Part shown: piece after piece, positions 54,473 to 56,517 of the stretch
Position numbering within the stretch: the stretch's first letter is position 1
Layout: each line of letters begins with the position of its first letter
Assembly: GCA_963792965.1 (NCBI GenBank)
Contig: CAWBYW010000012.1
Location: 1-56,517, forward strand
DNA from: an uncultured delta proteobacterium
GTDB lineage: Bacteria; Desulfobacterota; Zymogenia; Zymogenales; Zymogenaceae
DNA: 56,517 nucleotides
Direction: 5' to 3'
Program-made: the position numbers and the translations under genes
Notes under the pieces: model-generated
Database searches by the model: none
What the model was told of the DNA's origin: nothing
Seen by the model: only the letters and a program-made list of their open reading frames with translations

Positions 54473-54950
54473 GTGACAAGTAACGTGATGATCATCGCAA
54501 CCGTCAGCTCGATGATTGCCTACTGGATCACGGCCCTGTTCATTCTCTACCAGATTCGTAATATGAGCGTCGCGCGCAACGTCGAGGTGACGATGCGCAT
54601 GTTCGAGTGGGCCGAGTCAGCCCGCATGCGCGAGGCGATCCGCTGGGTGGAAATCGAAGTTCGACGCCGAGAGCTTCCTCAAACAACCCGAGAACGAACG
54701 CAGCGACTTCCCGGGTGTGGCGATTGCCTTCTTCGAGCAGGCCGGAATCATGGTTCAGAAGAGGTTCGTCAACGAGGACGTCGTACTCGACCACCTTTCG
54801 TTGCAGACCGTCACGACCTGGCGCAAGCTGCAGCCGCTAATCCACCACCTGCGGAGACAGATGGGCGACGAGCGGGTCGGCGAGCACTACGAGTACCTGT
54901 ATCAGCGCGCACTGGCCTATGAGGCCGATTACCACCGGAAGAGACCCTGA
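54473..54950 (+). CDS. DUF4760-like protein (N-terminal TM; frameshifted)
   Basis: TM ending LYQIR, then FFEQAG..V....V, W..LQPLI..LR, EHYEYLY. Confidence 0.55.
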
Positions 54951-54966
54951 GCGCTGAGGAGGATGC

Positions 54967-55254
54967 GTGATTGTTGACGTCAGTGTCGTCCCGATCGGAA
55001 CCGGCGGCGCGAGCGTCAGTCGCTTCGTCCGGGCGGCTCTGGAGGTGGTCCGGAAGAGCGGTCTCAGGTACCGGATTGGTCCGATGGGTACGTCGCTCGA
55101 AGGCGACTGGGACGCGATCTTCGCCACCATCCGTCAGATGCACGAAGTCTGCATCAAACTCGGGGCGGTGCGCCTGCTGACGACGGTCAAGATTGACGAC
55201 CGGCGCGATAAGTCCCAGACGATGCAGGACAAACTCGATCGCGTGCAGTGCTGA
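54967..55254 (+). CDS. MTH1187/YkoF-like thiamine-binding family protein
   Basis: SVVPIGTG..SVS.FV...SGL.Y..GPMGT.LEG...KIDDRRDK. Confidence 0.9.
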   Translation: MIVDVSVVPIGTGGASVSRFVRAALEVVRKSGLRYRIGPMGTSLEGDWDAIFATIRQMHEVCIKLGAVRLLTTVKIDDRRDKSQTMQDKLDRVQC

Positions 55255-55388
55255 AGCCGACCGGAGCAGGCCGCGCGGAACCGTACCTGCTGCACTGACA
55301 CGGGACAGGACGAATCCCGACGTCCAGCCCCAATGATCGGCTATTAGGGATCAGGATTCAGACCCCGGGGTTCTCCTCAAGATTCCTC

Positions 55389-55416
55389 TTGCCAATTCCG
55401 CGAAATTCGCTATCAT
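55389..55416 (+). promoter_or_regulatory. Sigma70 promoter giving a probably leaderless DUF366 mRNA
   Basis: TTGCCA-16 nt-TATCAT; ATG follows 7 nt later with no RBS. Confidence 0.45.
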
Positions 55417-55423
55417 GTAGGCG

Positions 55424-55984
55424 ATGCGCAGTCGTTTGATCAAAGAAGAAATCACTTATACCGGCGCCCAACTTGCATCCCTGTTCGCGCTCGATACTTT
55501 CGGTGTAGCCGGCGATTCGATTATCGCCTTCATCGGACCGAGCGACGTGCCGCTCGGTGAGATCGTGGACATTGATGACCAGAAGGCGGGCCGGCGTTTG
55601 CACTCGCCGCGGATGCTGCACTTCATTGCCGAGCATTTCGAGTGGGATCTGGAGAAGACCATCCTCCGGCAGTACCTCCTGATTGACATGCTCAAGGACC
55701 TGCTGAATGAGAAAATCGGGCGGCCGGTCATCCGGCGCCAGGGCAACGATCTGTTCGACGGCGAATACATCCTGACCATCGGTACCGCAACCGCGTCGCC
55801 GGTTTCCTGCCTGTTCCACGTCGGGATTAACGTGGTCGCGCCTGAAGACCCGGTCGGCAAGGCCAAGGGGTTCAGCAACTACAACCTCGACCCGCTGCTC
55901 CTCGCCCCGGAAATCCTCGAACGCTACACCAAGGAAATCGAGCGTATTGCCCTAACCCGGTGCAAGGTTCGCTGGGTCGAGTAG
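55424..55984 (+). CDS. DUF366 family protein
   Basis: YTG.QL...GDSII.F.GP, MLHFIAEHF, RQ.LL, R.GNDLF, SPVS..FH.GINV, KVRWV. Confidence 0.85.
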   Translation: MRSRLIKEEITYTGAQLASLFALDTFGVAGDSIIAFIGPSDVPLGEIVDIDDQKAGRRLHSPRMLHFIAEHFEWDLEKTILRQYLLIDMLKDLLNEKIGRPVIRRQGNDLFDGEYILTIGTATASPVSCLFHVGINVVAPEDPVGKAKGFSNYNLDPLLLAPEILERYTKEIERIALTRCKVRWVE

Positions 55985-55993
55985 GTCGGAGGA

Positions 55994-56062
55994 AGTCAGG
56001 ATGTCGGCAAGTCCGAAAGTCGGAACGACCTTCGGACTTTGAGACTTGGTGACTTGTTGACT
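55994..56062. repeat. Mirror array of 8-nt units (AGTC-N4 x4 / N4-GACT x4)
   Basis: GTC at 55995, 56003, 56011, 56019; GACT at 56035, 56043, 56051, 56059. Confidence 0.7.
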
Positions 56063-56067
56063 CCCTG

Positions 56068-56517
56068 ATGCGGTAGTCATCCGCCGCTATTTCCTGGCCG
56101 GGCTGGTTTCACTCCTGCCGCTCGGCATCACCGATCATTCGTAATCTACGTGCTCGTGAATACGTTCGGGCCGATTTTCGGCGGGCCTGCGCTTCCTGCC
56201 GGTCCTGCGCTACCTGCCCCATGTCGTCCTGACGCTGGCCGGATTCGTCGTGCTCCTGCTGGTACTTTTCATCGGCTGGCTGGCGACCGGCGCTTCGGGG
56301 CTGGCTCCTCGCGTCAGAGAACTTCTTCAGCCGCCTGCCGCTGATTCGCGGGGTCTATGGCACCGCCCGGCAGTTGACCGATGCCGTGCTGGTGGACCGC
56401 AGTTCACTCAAGCGCGTGGTCCTGCTCGAATATCCGCGCCGGGACGTCTACTCGCTCGCTTTCCTGATGTCCGAGTGTCCGATAGAGATCAATGGCAAGG
56501 AATGCCACACGGTCTTC
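56068..56517 (+). CDS. DUF502 family membrane protein, partial and frameshifted
   Basis: IRRYFLAGLVSLLPLGIT, RLPLIRGVYGTARQLTD, KRVVLLEYPR. Confidence 0.8.

Overview
The window is a mosaic with many single-base indels, which looks like long-read or metagenomic sequence. It appears to join unrelated pieces at about 1.71, 2.55, 3.16-3.2 and 51.14 kb. The first 3.2 kb holds fragments of a GH13 glucan enzyme, an AI-2E transporter, a CARDB protein and a Planctomycete-type DUF1559 gene. The main block (3.2-51.1 kb) looks like an anaerobic, probably Desulfobacterota-like or syntrophic bacterium (inference). Its energy genes are hypD-hypF, an oxalate/formate-antiporter-family transporter with Rex-like and FadR-like boxes, nfnAB, a DRTGG/Ser-kinase/PHP/HATPase cassette, NuoE/ferredoxin/NuoF-GltD subunits and an internally deleted formate dehydrogenase alpha gene. 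Housekeeping genes follow: hfq, tRNA-Val, thrS-infC-rpmI-rplT-pheST-ihfA and tRNA-Pro(GGG). Behind tRNA-Pro lie two tandem integrase-less islets, each closed by a copy of the tRNA 3' half and its terminator. Next come an old yellow enzyme, a LacI-controlled GH172/isomerase/FGGY-kinase/MFS sugar locus (candidate D-arabinofuranoside pathway), two diverged copies of a ~280-bp sigma54 enhancer-promoter module, and signalling genes. The last 5.4 kb carries iscS-iscU, rubredoxin and small Cys proteins, a candidate structured RNA, a glutaredoxin with a ferredoxin:disulfide reductase, DUF4760, MTH1187, DUF366 and DUF502. I found no CRISPR array, rRNA or intact transposase/integrase. Best candidates for new biology: the tRNA-Pro cassette array, the formate/redox locus and its regulation, the D-arabinose pathway, the duplicated sigma54 module, and the orphan RNA at 53.5 kb.
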